A stretch of 60,584 nt of DNA, the filler included, from Bipalium vagum (lineage: Eukaryota), in NCBI GenBank assembly GCA_037834085.1. It is 3 parts of 3 records of this genome, joined end to end, with 100 filler letters (N's around TTAATTAATTAA, not from the genome) between each part and the next. Parts side by side here need not be neighbours in the genome. Positions count along the whole stretch, not along the records: positions 1 to 24,786 come from JBBMKC010198720.1; 2 more parts are not named here. One strand, written 5' to 3'. The first letter of the stretch is position 1. Each line of letters begins with the position of its first letter. The position numbers and the translations under genes are program-made. Below are positions 1-13,041 of this stretch, piece by piece. A model generated the notes under the pieces. That model saw nothing but the letters and a program-made list of their open reading frames with translations, did no database searches and was not told the DNA's origin.

Positions 1-3000
1 TAATAAATTATTATAAGAATTATTTTAAATCGAACTAGTCTTATAATCCTTTGGATATAAGCTAGGTTTATATTATATTATATTATATATAGGGATATAA
101 AAATATATAATAATTAAATTTGGAAATTGATTCTAGTCTTATAGACCTTCAGTTATAGGCTAGGAGAGTTCTTAAATAAAACTACAATAATGTTAATCAA
201 TTATTTCACGACTACTTTTATAACTTTAAAACTTTTTTAATGATAAACAGCAAAAATTTTATATGTACTTTGTTACAAATATTGTAACAAATCAAAAAAA
301 AACTAAAGTTTTACTTTTACAAATAAGGGCATAAAAATTCTGCAAGTAGGCTTTGAATATTCGATCCTGATGGTAGTTCTTAACTCTGTTGGTACTGGAA
401 TTGTGCGCTGAGTATTGTCTATCTCTTATTTTCTCTTTTTTGTCAGTTTTTGATCCTTTATATATATTCGTAGATCACTCTGATGATAATTGCTGAATTA
501 CGACTTGGGTGGTAGTCAATTATCTTGTAATTGCTACTAATTGCAGAAATAAAATTGAATCTGGAATTCCGTAGGAGGTCTATCGTTGTCAATGGATGTA
601 ATATAAAATTTTGTTTTAATTTCGTTGTCCTTTTGAGAAAGTTTTTACGACTTTAGTTATTACTTCTGCGCGTATTCGTCGGATATAGCGTTTCTGCTTT
701 CTATTTTATCGTTGTCCTGTTGTTGCTGTTGTTGCGTTATGTTGAATTATTGTTATGTAATTGATGTCTTGATATTTCGGAGTTATATGGAATTGATATT
801 GTGAAATTTATGTTGTGTTCTTTAGTTTTTTCATTTTCTTTTATACTTCTCTTTTTACCCTCTTTTATAAATAGTAACCTTATTTTTCCAAATAAAAATC
901 TGCTGATCTTTTCTTGTCTATTTTTACCATTTTCCTATAAAATTTCTTTCCTAATTTTTATTTTTAGTAAGTAATTGTTACCTTAATATCTTATATACTT
1001 ATAATTTCTTTACGCATAACAATAATAACAATAATAAACTGTTTCAATAATAATTTTTTACATATTACACTACAATTTTTACTTGGTTTATTTACTATGT
1101 TATTTACTTTTTTTATTATTTATCGTTTATTATTTTATTATTTATCAGTCAAAATCGATTTACAAATTCCAAAATATGTATACAATATATAATATATAAT
1201 ATAGTGTAAACAATATATATATATTGTTTACACAATACAATAAGGTTAAGGAAGAATCACGGATAAAGTATAATAGAGGAAGGTGTCACAAATGTAAATC
1301 AGTAATTGTTAATTTTTTGATTGTTGACTGGCAGCTGGAACAATTGATTTCTCTTGGGTAACGGATTCTATTGATTGTCTTTGTCGTAGTCTCCACACAT
1401 ACACCAAAACGAAATTGCAAATACACATCGCCAATAAATCCGGGAATATCATTTTCACGACAGTTATTGAACTTATTCTTGTCTTTTAATTCTGTTGCCA
1501 AATCGTTTCCATTTTTCCAAGTATTTTCTGACTATAGTGGTATATTTTTCGAAAAGATTTTTAATATTTTGTTTAATATTTTGATTTTAAATTAGGTAAA
1601 AATAACAATACGAATTAGAATCTTCAAAATCTTTTAGATAAATCAATTATTGTAAATATTTAATATTATTGTCCTAAAGTATGAACTGCATAGATTTAAT
1701 AAAAAACTTTTATTAAAGGAATCAAATAATAATGCTTTACAAAGTTAAGTTTTGACTTAAACACAAGAGATAGTTTACCTTGGGCTATCATCAAAATTAT
1801 TATTAGTTTTTTGAAACTCACGGTCGTTTAGACTGAATCTTTTCTAATAATTACATATAAACATAACCAGCTTATCCATGTACATAGCCGATAGTTAACT
1901 ACGGGATTTATCTTTGATTTTTCTAAATATTTCTGTTTAATTTTTTGTTTATTTACAAATTATAGAAAAACAAAATTTTTGAGAACATCACGAAATCATT
2001 TTAAAATCTATTTTGACTCAATATTTGAGATTTTATCTTATTTTAGCTGAATTTTTAATTTCTCTCTTAAATTGAAAGAGTTTTAAAAGCGGTTTTAAAA
2101 TATTGAATTTATGAGCTTTATTTATTGAATTTGCAACTGATTTAGATACATTTTCTTTAGATTCTGATGGTCCTAAAGTTTTCCAGTTTATACAAATATT
2201 AATATTTTTCTTTTATTGATAAGTTAAGTGATATGAAAAATGTGATCAGCATGTCAAAATATTTGATTTAGAATGTGCACTTATCTTTTATAAGACATTT
2301 ATTGTTGATCTCGGAATAAACAGGAAAAAAGCACAAAAGAGTAAAATTCAATAATAAATAATTTTTCCTGAAGAAACTTTTGTAAAATATTGATCATACA
2401 CTTCCAAACCAGCAAATACTGTATAAATGAATCCCAAATGTTTGTCGATTCATTTTCTTTTAGATTTTTCAATATTAATTTTATTGTTTACATTCTTTAA
2501 AATCGTAGTTACCATATTTTTACACTGGATTTGATCACTGTAATTTAAAAATAAAACATTATTTATTTAATAATTATAATATAATAAGTAAAGTTTTCAT
2601 CTTAACTTTAATAAGAATTCCAAAAAGAAAAATGAAATAAACTCCAGTGCCTCAAAAATAATATGAAGAGGTGAAACATTTAAGAAAATCAAGACTGTCA
2701 ATGAACAGAAAAAAACTACGAACATTGTCAAGCATTAAATTTGTTCAAAGATAATAATTTCAGAAAAAAGGAAAGTATAATTGATTAACTGCAAAATATA
2801 TTTTAAATTTTCTGAATAGTGTAGGTTTTAATTTTTCAAAAAAAAATTTTCAAGAAAAAATAAATCGAAATTTTAAATGTAATTTCAATGTAGTGGGAAC
2901 TGTAATTTGATAGATAACTCGTGGATCGGCCATGCGTTTTAATTATGGAAAAAAATTTAAATCAAATAAACAGAAAAAAATTTCAAGTTATCCTTTCACC

Positions 3001-3171
3001 ACCATATATTTTAATTATTTCATTCAACTATTTTCCATATCAAAAAGCAAATAACGGTAAAATCATAAATAATAATATCATAATTTCATTTACATATTTT
3101 GATCTATGATCACCAACAATACTGTATAAAATAATAAAATTAATAATAATTCATCTTGTTTTTACTATGAA

Positions 3172-6100
3172 TCAGATATGCGAACCTTCCAAATAAACTT
3201 GAACAGCCATTATATCACCTGTTGAAATTGTCTGAGTAGCTACGGTTGTTGTCTCATTGCATTGATGAGAGTGATTACTTGTTTCTAATGAACTCTGTGA
3301 ACCGGATGTATTTGGAACAGAATTCATTACTCCCGGTAAACTGCTTGAATTACTCATACATTCTGTTGAAGACTGTGTTGGACTAGGAACAGTTGTGACA
3401 GAATAATCTTCTATATCGAGTTCATTAGAATGTTCCTCCCAATAGCTGTTATTATCTTCTGAATCAACTTTAGATAACTGAAGAATCTCTGCAAGTTCCT
3501 CGTCTATATCATGATAACTGTCAATAATATGTCGTTGTTCAGATAATATGCTATTGCAACAGGACAATGAATCGTTATCACCAATCAGTACATTATAAGA
3601 CTTTGAAGGAGCGTATAATAAATCTCCACAAAATCTTTGAACCATATCTTTATCAGATTCCTTCCAAACTTGAGTTGCTCGCCATTTTGCTCTAGATCGT
3701 TTTGGAGCAAGAATAGCATTGAAATATATACATTCTCCAATCTAAGTAAAATGAAAATATACACTAGGTAATTTAAATAAAAATAATTTAAATATAGCCA
3801 GTCAGGTAATGAAGATAGAGAAAATTATTAAGATTTATTAGGCTGATGCAAAAATAATGGTCGTTTTTCAATTTATTAGTTAAAATTTTTTCTCTCACCA
3901 TTTTCAAAATAAATTTTATATATAATATCAAAGCGCGTTTTCTGCTTAATAATCAAGTATTTGTTTAAATGCATTAATTTATTTAAATTTGTTAATCACT
4001 TTAGAAATGCTTTTAAAAATCATACATCTGTTCAGAATAAGTCATTACGTGCTTATATAATTTTGTTTTTCAAATATTTTTTTCTGAGCAATATCCTAAT
4101 CCGCCTTTAAACTTGTAATAAATATAAATATAATATTGAAAACTTCAAATATTTAAAAAAGTGTAATTTTATAATAATTTATAAAAAAATTCGGTAAATC
4201 ATATTCGAAAAATTCACAACAGATCTTCTGAGTTTTCAAAATTGTGTGGAACGATAAATACCAAATCTCTTATTGATTATTATTTTGATAGTATTAAAAT
4301 TCAATTTTTATAACATCAACATAACTGACTTTCTCATTGATTTTATTGTACTGAGTTTTGGGTTAATATCCTTTTTTAACAATTATTTTTGTTAACTAAA
4401 ATATACAAAAATTTAAGTAATAGGCGCACTCCTAATATATATTACATTGTAATATAATTATCTAATTTCAATAAATTAAGATAAACAGCTGAATTTATAT
4501 TCTTTGCACTTGTAGAAAAACTTTTTTATGGATAATGTGCAATTTCATAGAATTTTTATTAAACATGAATTCGAAATGATTGTTATCAATATTTTTTAGT
4601 CATAAATGAAATTATTCCATGGGAAATAAATTAAACAGGCAAGTCAATGCAGATAAAATGCATTTTATTAATATTTTTTGGTGAAATAGAAAAGGAAAGT
4701 TTTTAATCATAAATGGAATAAATTATAAATAATTAAAATTGAACATTGAAAAACATTAAGAAAAATAAGCTGATATTAAACAAAGGATAAGAAAATCTTT
4801 ATTTACCCGATTTCTTATTTTATATTATTAAATAGTGTATAGTACAACAATTAAGTTTTTTAATTGTTAATCTGAAATGTAATTAAAACAAAATTCATAC
4901 GAAAATTTTAATTAATTCAAAAATATTTTCCTCCAATTTCAATAGATTTGTCACAGCGAAAAATGTACTTGAAAGCTGTTTCAGTACGCTTTGCATGATA
5001 TAGTCTACTGCACGTATCTAAACTGTTTTGAGCGATCAAATGTCATAAAAATCTTTCCTTTAACATCATTTTCATTTAATCAAACAGAAAGCCACAGTGC
5101 CCAGTAAGGTGAAAATTAAGCATAATCCAAAACAGACTTTATGTTAAATTAAAGACTGATAAAAATTATTGATTTTTGATTAGGTCCAGTATTATATCTC
5201 ATTTCCTACGGCAGACCTTAATGAAGAATTTTTCGAATTATCTTTTCGTGGCGATTGAAAATTCATTTTCAACCGCTCACACCAACTGTTTGTGACAAGT
5301 TTTCATCCATTTTCGAATTTTTCACAGGTCCATGACGGGTTTCCTGCACTTTTATAATCTTCAAGTTATTATTTTCTCTTAAAGTTTACACCATCTGAAA
5401 CATCTATTCTAAATAAGCACTGGTTCTTAAAACTTATTTTTACCAATCAAAAAAAGTTTCAGGTCTTTTTTTGTGCTTCATCCATTTTGAAGAACAATAA
5501 AAATGTTACAAATCAATTTTCGAACCCATAATTTTAATTAACATTCAGAATGAAATTTTGATAAGTGAAACAGTCAAATTCAATCAAAAAAACAAGCGGC
5601 ATAATGGATAGTAGTACATTTAAATGAAATCAAAGGAAATCTTATTTTTATTTGTTGTGCGGAGGAGAGTTTTAAATCAAAGTATTATAAAAAAATAATA
5701 CAAAAATTAAAAGACTGGATGGATACTACTATGATGTACGAGTGGCTAATAGATTGCTCCGTAGAAGAGTATATGGCTTTTTTCGGACTAAGAAACTTCT
5801 TTTAATAATAGATTCGATGCTTCCATATCACACAGGAAGTAAAGAGAAAAAGTTGTGCGGAAAACACATTTTCTGTAATTATCCCAGGAGGCCTTACCAA
5901 GATGCTGCAACTTTTGGATGTAGCTGTAAACAATACATTCAAGGCCAATCTTCGAAAGATTTGCGAATTCTGGATGACCACAGGGAACCATAGTTTTACC
6001 AAAATAGGAAGAATGCGACGTACAAAACTAACAGATGTTGCTGAATAAGTATTTCAAACTTGGAAAGACGTTCAGTCTTCCCATATAATAAATGGCTTTA

Positions 6101-8694
6101 GAAAAGTAGTAATTGTACAACAGTTATCTATCACCAACGAAAATGAAAGTAATACTTCTTTTGAAATCGATTCTTCATATAATTCTGATGTTGACAATGA
6201 GGATTTCCAGATTTAACCTTATAAATCCATGTTTTGTTTTATGAAGACAATTTTTTGGGAAATTTTGTACTTATTTTATGTTATTTTATATTGATTTATT
6301 ATAAGATATTAAAAAAAATTTCCTGTGGCTTATGTTAAAAAAAATTTTTCAGCACCAAAATTTTGAAATACGGTCTATATATATTATTATACCTTATATT
6401 TAGCGAAATATTTGAAGTAGTCAAAATGATATTTATTTTGCAGATTATACGTTTTATCTTTCATTGGATTCCTTAATACATTAATATAGACGATAAAGAA
6501 ATTACTTTGAAATGCCGCTGCAAATCATCGAGATGCTTGAATATGGATTTATCAAAGAAAACGTGTTCATGTTGACCCAAGTCCACTATTCCCCAAAGTT
6601 TAGTAACATGGTAAACAGTTCCACGTTGATTAATGATGGTACGAACTCCAGTCTTTGTCGATAAATCGTCGTTAACCACTATACTTATTTCATCTGTATC
6701 CAAACTTGTAACTTGTCCGTTTTTGTCAACATTGAAAAGAGTTGACTGTTTTCGAATAAACTCTTCCAATTCAATTTTAGTCCACCCAATACAGTTTCTT
6801 ACTGAAGAAGGTGCTTGCGCCAAATAAAGAAATAGATGATTGATATTGATTTTCGCATTTGTCTTTCGTCTGATAATAAATTTGAGAAACATAGCCGCCT
6901 GAAATTCGCGACTGTCTATTGCTACTGTAGGTTTCGAATTAGAGGTGAATTTTATATCTCTGTTATTTTCTGATGAGCTTAGAATCATGGATGATGGTCG
7001 ACCTTGCTTAGTCGTTCGTCTTGGATTTACGATAACAGAACGCGGTCTCAATTTCGAACTTTTTGGAAGGCAAATCGATGAAAAGTTGTCTCGCAGACCA
7101 ACCAGATCGCCTTGGATCTGGAAAACATGAGGATGCTTTTGAATAAATTTTCTGAAAAGCGCCTGAGGACCGACCACTCGACGAATGGATTCGTTTGCTT
7201 GTGACAAATGACCAGCCAAGCTCTTGATTGATACCCAATGATCATCACGTTTAGCCAAATGAGACTGGAAATATTTAACAGCTTCTGTTTCTTGGGTAAT
7301 ATCTATAGGCCGACTTATTCGATAATTCTCACTTTCTGAATTCGACACATTTCCGTTCTCAATATCAATGCTACTAGAACCGTCTGTGACATCTATAGGA
7401 GATATAAGATTTCCATCAATTTGAAATAAGGATGGGTATTTTTCCAGGAAAAACCTTAGGCCTTCGATATCCAACCCACATGCTTCCTGCATATCTTTGC
7501 TAACGGTCTCTGAAAATATTCTGCTTCCCAAATCTTCAATAGACATTGAATTTTCTGAATTCATAAGAACTTCTAACAAAAACAACATTGCTCTATGATT
7601 TGAATCATTCATCATTTTATACAGACTGGCCTCTTTCAGATAATTCATGCAGGAATCCACGTCTAAAAAACAATCGATTAATAAAAAAATAGCAAGTAGG
7701 GTTTAATGGTACACCATTATTTCACTTAATGAAGTTGTCCATTTTCTTAAATTATGTAATTATAGTTTATGGAATGAACATTATTATTCTTACTGACGAA
7801 TACAGTGGGTCTCACATTTAACTAAGACAAAATACAGTTCCTCATTGAATTGAAATAGGAAATATAAAAATAGTAATTGAATTAATTTTAAGACAGTTTA
7901 CACTATTTCTCACAAGGGACAATCAAACGCAAGATGAACTAAAATTCCAACTTGACATTGGAAACGATCATAAAATTGTCGATTGGGAGTACTTTCAAAT
8001 CATGGTCGAGATTTTTTTTACGAAATTCAGAAAAGATTGGGTTATTAACCATCGAAACGAAAATGGTCTCGCGGTTCCATTATTGCCATTCGATTCATAT
8101 ACAACAACAACTCGAAGCATGTAGCAAAAATTGAAACAGGTCGACAAATTCAATTTATGTTCCGTCAAAAGATTTCCATTATACAAAAACTGCATAAGTG
8201 TCAATTTTAAAAAATTGAATTAGTAAATATCGATAATTCCGTGACGATTAACAACTGATTCAAAAATGCTAAGCGATTCAAGAGAATAACGTTATTTATG
8301 AATCCATTTAGTAATATAAAGCAAAAGTAATCCCTTTTATAAACAATATCAATTGGATAAAGTTAATTTTTAGAATTTAATGATAATTGCATCAAGATTT
8401 GGTACTCACTTAACATCGTTAACTGATTCGAAAAGGTAACGTTATCTGAATTAAATTAGTAAAATAAAATACTATTTCTTATTATAAACAAAGAAATATT
8501 AAATCTCCTCAAATCCACTTTCCCCTTCAAATATAATCGAAAATCCATTCCACAGAAAAATTATTTTATCCACATTCCCAAATTGATGGGATGTTTAAGC
8601 AAAAGATATTTGTTAATAAAAAAATATTGAATGATTTATTACATATTAATAACTTACCTGAAATGTTTGGCACAAAATTCAGAGACTCCATCAT
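3172..8694 (-). CDS. Egalitarian-like RNA-transport adaptor (3 Egl-type winged-helix repeats + cold-shock/OB-like domain + LC8-binding TQT tail; no 3'-5' exonuclease domain), ~587 aa
   Basis: Exons 8694-8658, 7662-6506 and 3741-3172 join in frame (1764 nt) through CAG|GTAAGT...TTTTAG|AC and AAA|GTAATT...CTTAG|ATT. The segments AMLFLLEVLM...GLRFFLEKYPSLFQIDG and EAVKYFQ...IKSLAGHLSQA resemble the Drosophila Egalitarian N-terminal repeats. WGIVDLGQHEHVFFD...FNAILAPKRSRAKWRATQVW spans intron 2. The C-terminus ATQTISTGDI resembles the Egl dynein-light-chain site. The short first exon is less certain than exons 2-3. Confidence 0.85.
4960..5485 (-). mobile_element. Highly decayed mariner-like remnant in intron 2 of the Egl-like gene
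   Basis: Fragmentary similarity to a mariner transposase N-terminus with many stops. A mariner-TIR-like string, TATTAGGCTGATGCAAAAATAATGGTCGTTTTT, lies in the same intron at ~3836-3868. Confidence 0.3.
5690..6374 (+). mobile_element. pogo-family DDE_1 transposase C-terminal remnant (intronic)
   Basis: Frameshifted translation LLIIDS...IIPGGLTKMLQLLDVAVNNTFKANLRKICEFWMTTGNHSFTKIGRMRR...INGFRK matches the pogo IPGGLT-LQPLDV-VN-FK motif. It has an acidic tail and a pogo-like end (AAATACGGT) near 6366-6374. Confidence 0.8.
7801..8200 (+). mobile_element. Decayed Tc1/mariner-superfamily 5' fragment in intron 1
   Basis: TA-CAGTGGG terminus at 7801 followed by a disrupted HTH-like segment. No catalytic motif was recovered. 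Confidence 0.3.
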
Positions 8695-9610
8695 GGTAAA
8701 AAGTAAAAATCTTGCAGTAGTATAAATCTGACTTTCAACATTGAACAAGAATTTTATTTATGATCACATCTGAATAAATTGATATTGTGTGTTTGTATAT
8801 CAGTCTCATGAACAGAAATGACACACACACATGTATCTGTCTCTGTTTGTATGTATGCAACGATAACATACTGTACATCAGTGATTGTGTGTGTATGTGA
8901 GTGTGTTATGGGTGATTAAGTTGTCGATGAATCATTATTTGGGATCGTAGAATGTGATCAATAATTAGATTTTCTTTATTTTACATCTTGATACATCAAT
9001 TCTTAGTGGGAATAGATTTGATAAAACAAAAATATTATTCATATGTTTCTATAACAACGTAAAGAAATGCAGTTTCGAAAGCCTTCCTTAAAATCTATTA
9101 AAATATTTCGGAAAACTGTTATTTTCTTAGGAAAATAATTTTATTATTTTAAAACTAAATTTTAATTAATTTATATTAAAATATTATTTTATTAAAAATT
9201 AATTTTATTGTTTTAAAATTATATTTTAATTAATATATGTAATAATTATTATTTAAAAATATTTAATAAACAAAATGGATTTGTTATCTTTAAGATGGAA
9301 AGGAGTTTCGTAATTAGAAAGATAACTTTAAGGTCAGTTTATGCCAATGAAGTGTATCCCATTTTTCAATATGATGAGTGCGGTCAACTGAGGTAGAATG
9401 AAGGAATGAAAATATCAATTTATACTACTGAAGAATGTCAATTATTTGATATGGAAATATTAGACCAAAATGATAACGAAGTTCAAAGGGGCGATATAGA
9501 ACACAAAACCAAATCTTTGTAAAACACATGAGGATTTTGATTAATAACTTTATCTAAATTTAGCTTATGAAGTTAATGATAACAGTTATAACAGTAATTG
9601 AAATAGATAT

Positions 9611-9662
9611 TAATAATAAATGATAATAATAATAATAATAATAATAATAAATGATAATAATG
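9611..9662. repeat. (AAT)n microsatellite
   Basis: Direct reading. Similar tracts occur at ~49190-49270, 56660-56690 and 58555-58590. Confidence 0.85.
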
Positions 9663-10867
9663 ACAGTACTTTAAAATTCTCTTTTGGGAATTTATTCCAC
9701 TGTAAAATAATTGATTAAAATATTATGATAAGAATATAACGTGTCTCAAAATGGTCAGTGATTGAGAAATTGATCTAAGAGAAAATAAATAAGTTAGGCC
9801 GATAAATGTTTATCTCATTAATGATTGAAACGCGCTTAATGAAATAACCTAACTTATATTTTCATGAAGATTGTTAATGATCATTGGTTAAATATTTTTA
9901 TTAAAATCCAAAAAATAGTTAATTAAAAATATGAATCAGAAATCCAAAATTTTCCCCTATGACTCTATGTTGATTTTATATATATATAAGAGGACGAAAT
10001 ATTATAATATATATTATTAATGAAACCTCACGATCTGAATTTGATCTCATGTTTATAAATCGTCATCAAAAGGTATAACAAATAAAATTAATTATTTTTT
10101 TTATTGTTTATTATTTATTGGTATAATATTATCTTATTCAACCAATCTTTGTGCCTATTACTGAGCCTTGTATAAATGTACAAAATTATATTTTGTTTTT
10201 TTGAATGCTTTAACTTGGTATGTACAGACCACATTTATTGGTTTATTGTTTTTTTTATAGAATAGACGTTAGACTCATGGAGCAATCTATTTATTACAAT
10301 GATATTTATTTATCAAATTCTTTATATATATTTTGACCATTATTGATCCGTAAGAGTTCATTTAATCGACTTTGAATAAATCACCATATGTGTATGGTAA
10401 TCTTGTCATTGTGTATTCTAATTTCTGAAATAATTGACATTAATAATATTGAAAAAAAAGTAATATTTCTTTAAAATTAAAAACTTATTTTAATTTTCCT
10501 TAAGAAAAAATGAAAAAATTTTGTTATATGACTGAAATTTCGTCGGGGTCCCTTGAATGGTATTGACAGTTAAAGATTAATTTGATAAATACATTTTGTA
10601 AATCAAACAGTAAGACCTAAGGGTAAAGCTTCCGAATACTCTTACGTATTATGTTATGATACGATTATAAAAGAGAAAAAGTTCAACAAATATTTTCACT
10701 TTTTCCAACATATAAAATAAAGATGAAATATCTTTGTTGCTGAAATCCGATGGCAAGGGTGTTTTAAAACAATGTAGATTTATGATGAATGGTTTTTATT
10801 ATTTATTATTTTTTTCATGTTTAATGTCTGAAAATCTTTAATAAACAAATTCTATTAACCAACACCT

Positions 10868-12031
10868 TCAATATTTTGTTTGCAGACCTTTGGATGCAAT
10901 AACTGCCTGTACACGTCGTGACATGGATTCCACCAAGTTGCGGTTTCCTCTGAAGTGATAAGCTGCCAAGCATTATTTAACTCATTAGATAGTTACTCTA
11001 GACTGCTTGGTTTCTTTCTTTGTACCTTCCTAAAAAGAATATTTCATTGGAGTTCAATGGGGTTTAAGTGTGGGCTTTGGGCTGGCCAATCCGAAACTTC
11101 AAAATGTGTGGGAGCAAGAAAGTCAGTGACCAGTTTAGCCTTATGACTTGGAGCATTGTCGTTCTGAAAGATACATGGTTTATTACGGCCAAATAACTAT
11201 TATCGATGGCAACATTTGATTCTTTAGAATACCTATATACCAATGGTGATTCATAAACTCGGTGCAGTGGAAGAGGCGACCAACTCCAACCAAGGACATG
11301 CACCCCACCACCATGAGTTAGCATCCTCCAAATTTCCTTGTTGGATTGATACATAGTGGTAAGTACTTTTCATTTTTCTTTTTCGTACATAGATGCGTTT
11401 ATCTCCACAAAATAATTTGAATGAGCTCTCATCACTTCAAAGAATGTGTTTCCATTGGTCTACCGTCCATGACAAGTGGTCAAGAGCGAAAGCTAACATC
11501 TTCTTGCGATTACTCTCTGACAACAATAGCTTTCTGACAGTCACACAGCCACGCAATCTATACTTACGGAGAATATTTTTCACTGTTGTTGCTGTTACAG
11601 AAACTCCATAGTAATTGATAAATTCCATTTTTAGTTCAGAGGATGTTAGACGCCGATTTTTTAGACTTGTGCGGACTAAGGCACGTTCTTCTTTAATCGA
11701 ATATTTTTTTGGTCTACCTGATCTAACTTTGTCTTTCACATAACCTTTTTCACGTACTTTCTTCATAATTATAGTGACTGTTCTGTCAGCAACTTTGAGT
11801 TTTTTCTAAATTTGACGATAGCTTATTCCAACTTCAGCCATCATCATCTCTCTTGTACGTTCATCAATAATTAATTTATGCACTCCTGTCATTTATTAGA
11901 AAATCTAAAATAGACTAGTTCAGACAAATTCTTTTATAAAAATAATCATTAATCATCAAAAACTAATGATATGCATTATGTAGTAATATTATATAGTATT
12001 ATGTGGATGTCGACATGACTGTTCAGCACTG
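10868..12031 (-). mobile_element. Tc1 (DD34E) transposon, defective
   Basis: Transposase remnant 11892-10868 with RSGRPKK, SDESSF (preceded by W->stop), QNDNAPSH...DWPAQSPHLNPIE and C-terminal VIASKGLQTKY. The 5' terminus is CAGTG with a flanking TA at 12031; the other TIR was not found. Confidence 0.92.
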
Positions 12032-13041
12032 TATTTTGGAAGAAGTGACTAACCATAACAATCCTGATTTCATAAAATAAATAAATACAATGTTACAAGT
12101 TCTAAAATTAATATTGTGTTCCTTTACAAGATAAGTATTTGACACTTTTTCTTTTGGCCTGTTCGGGCATAATAAAAATAACAAATTTTAAACAAATTAA
12201 AAGAAAAATAAATTTAATAAATAATCACTAAAGAGTCAAATATTTTTGATCCGGTCAATTCTTCTTTCCAGTTTGATCGATTCATCTTCGAATTCGATTC
12301 TATCTTCAATTTCATCACAATCTTAAGTTAATAGAGATTCTGCTACTCCATTCTATAGGAGTCGGAGTCTCTTTACCACTCAATAAATATTCAATTTTCC
12401 ATTAGTTAATGGAAAACCCAGGAGTTTTTATTTATTCAGCTCAGTACAAACGAATTCGTCTGAACTGAAATATCAATTATTATTTAAGTCACTTAAATAG
12501 AAAGGATCTAGAAAGGTTTTAGAAAAATGTTTTTTTTAAATATTGAAAAGGACTAATTAAAAGTTTTTTAATTAATTATTATATTAATATTATCAATTAT
12601 TATTATCACTATTGGCTATTATCATCATCAACTATTATTATTATTAGGTTGGGTATAAGTTCTGCAGCACTTACAACATATTAGAATATTAGTAATATTA
12701 AATCTAATTAATAATAATATTTGAGCACTGCTTGTTTAAATATTCTCAATTTATTATGTTCATCAAAGCAATTTTAAAAAATTCATAAAACATAAGTAAC
12801 CCATTTAATAAAATAATATTAATAAAGAAATCATTTTAGAAAACTTTGAATAGAAACAAATTGCGAATTAATATTATTACTATTCTCAATTATTAAAACA
12901 AAAAACGTAAATCACCGATCAATTATATTATTATTAATTGATATATCATCAATTATTATTATCATTATCAAATCTGGAACTCGCCATTTGGTAATAACTG
13001 GATTTTAGTCAGCTGTACTTGCCTAACTATAATATATTATA

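Noticed and set aside
470-520. Hammerhead-like CTGATGA + stem
   Set aside because: The stem is followed by CGAC rather than GAAA, and stems I and III cannot be formed.
9421-9480. Hammerhead-like CTGAAGA-stem-GGAAA
   Set aside because: There is an extra base in the core, no valid NUH cleavage triplet in register, and no stem I.
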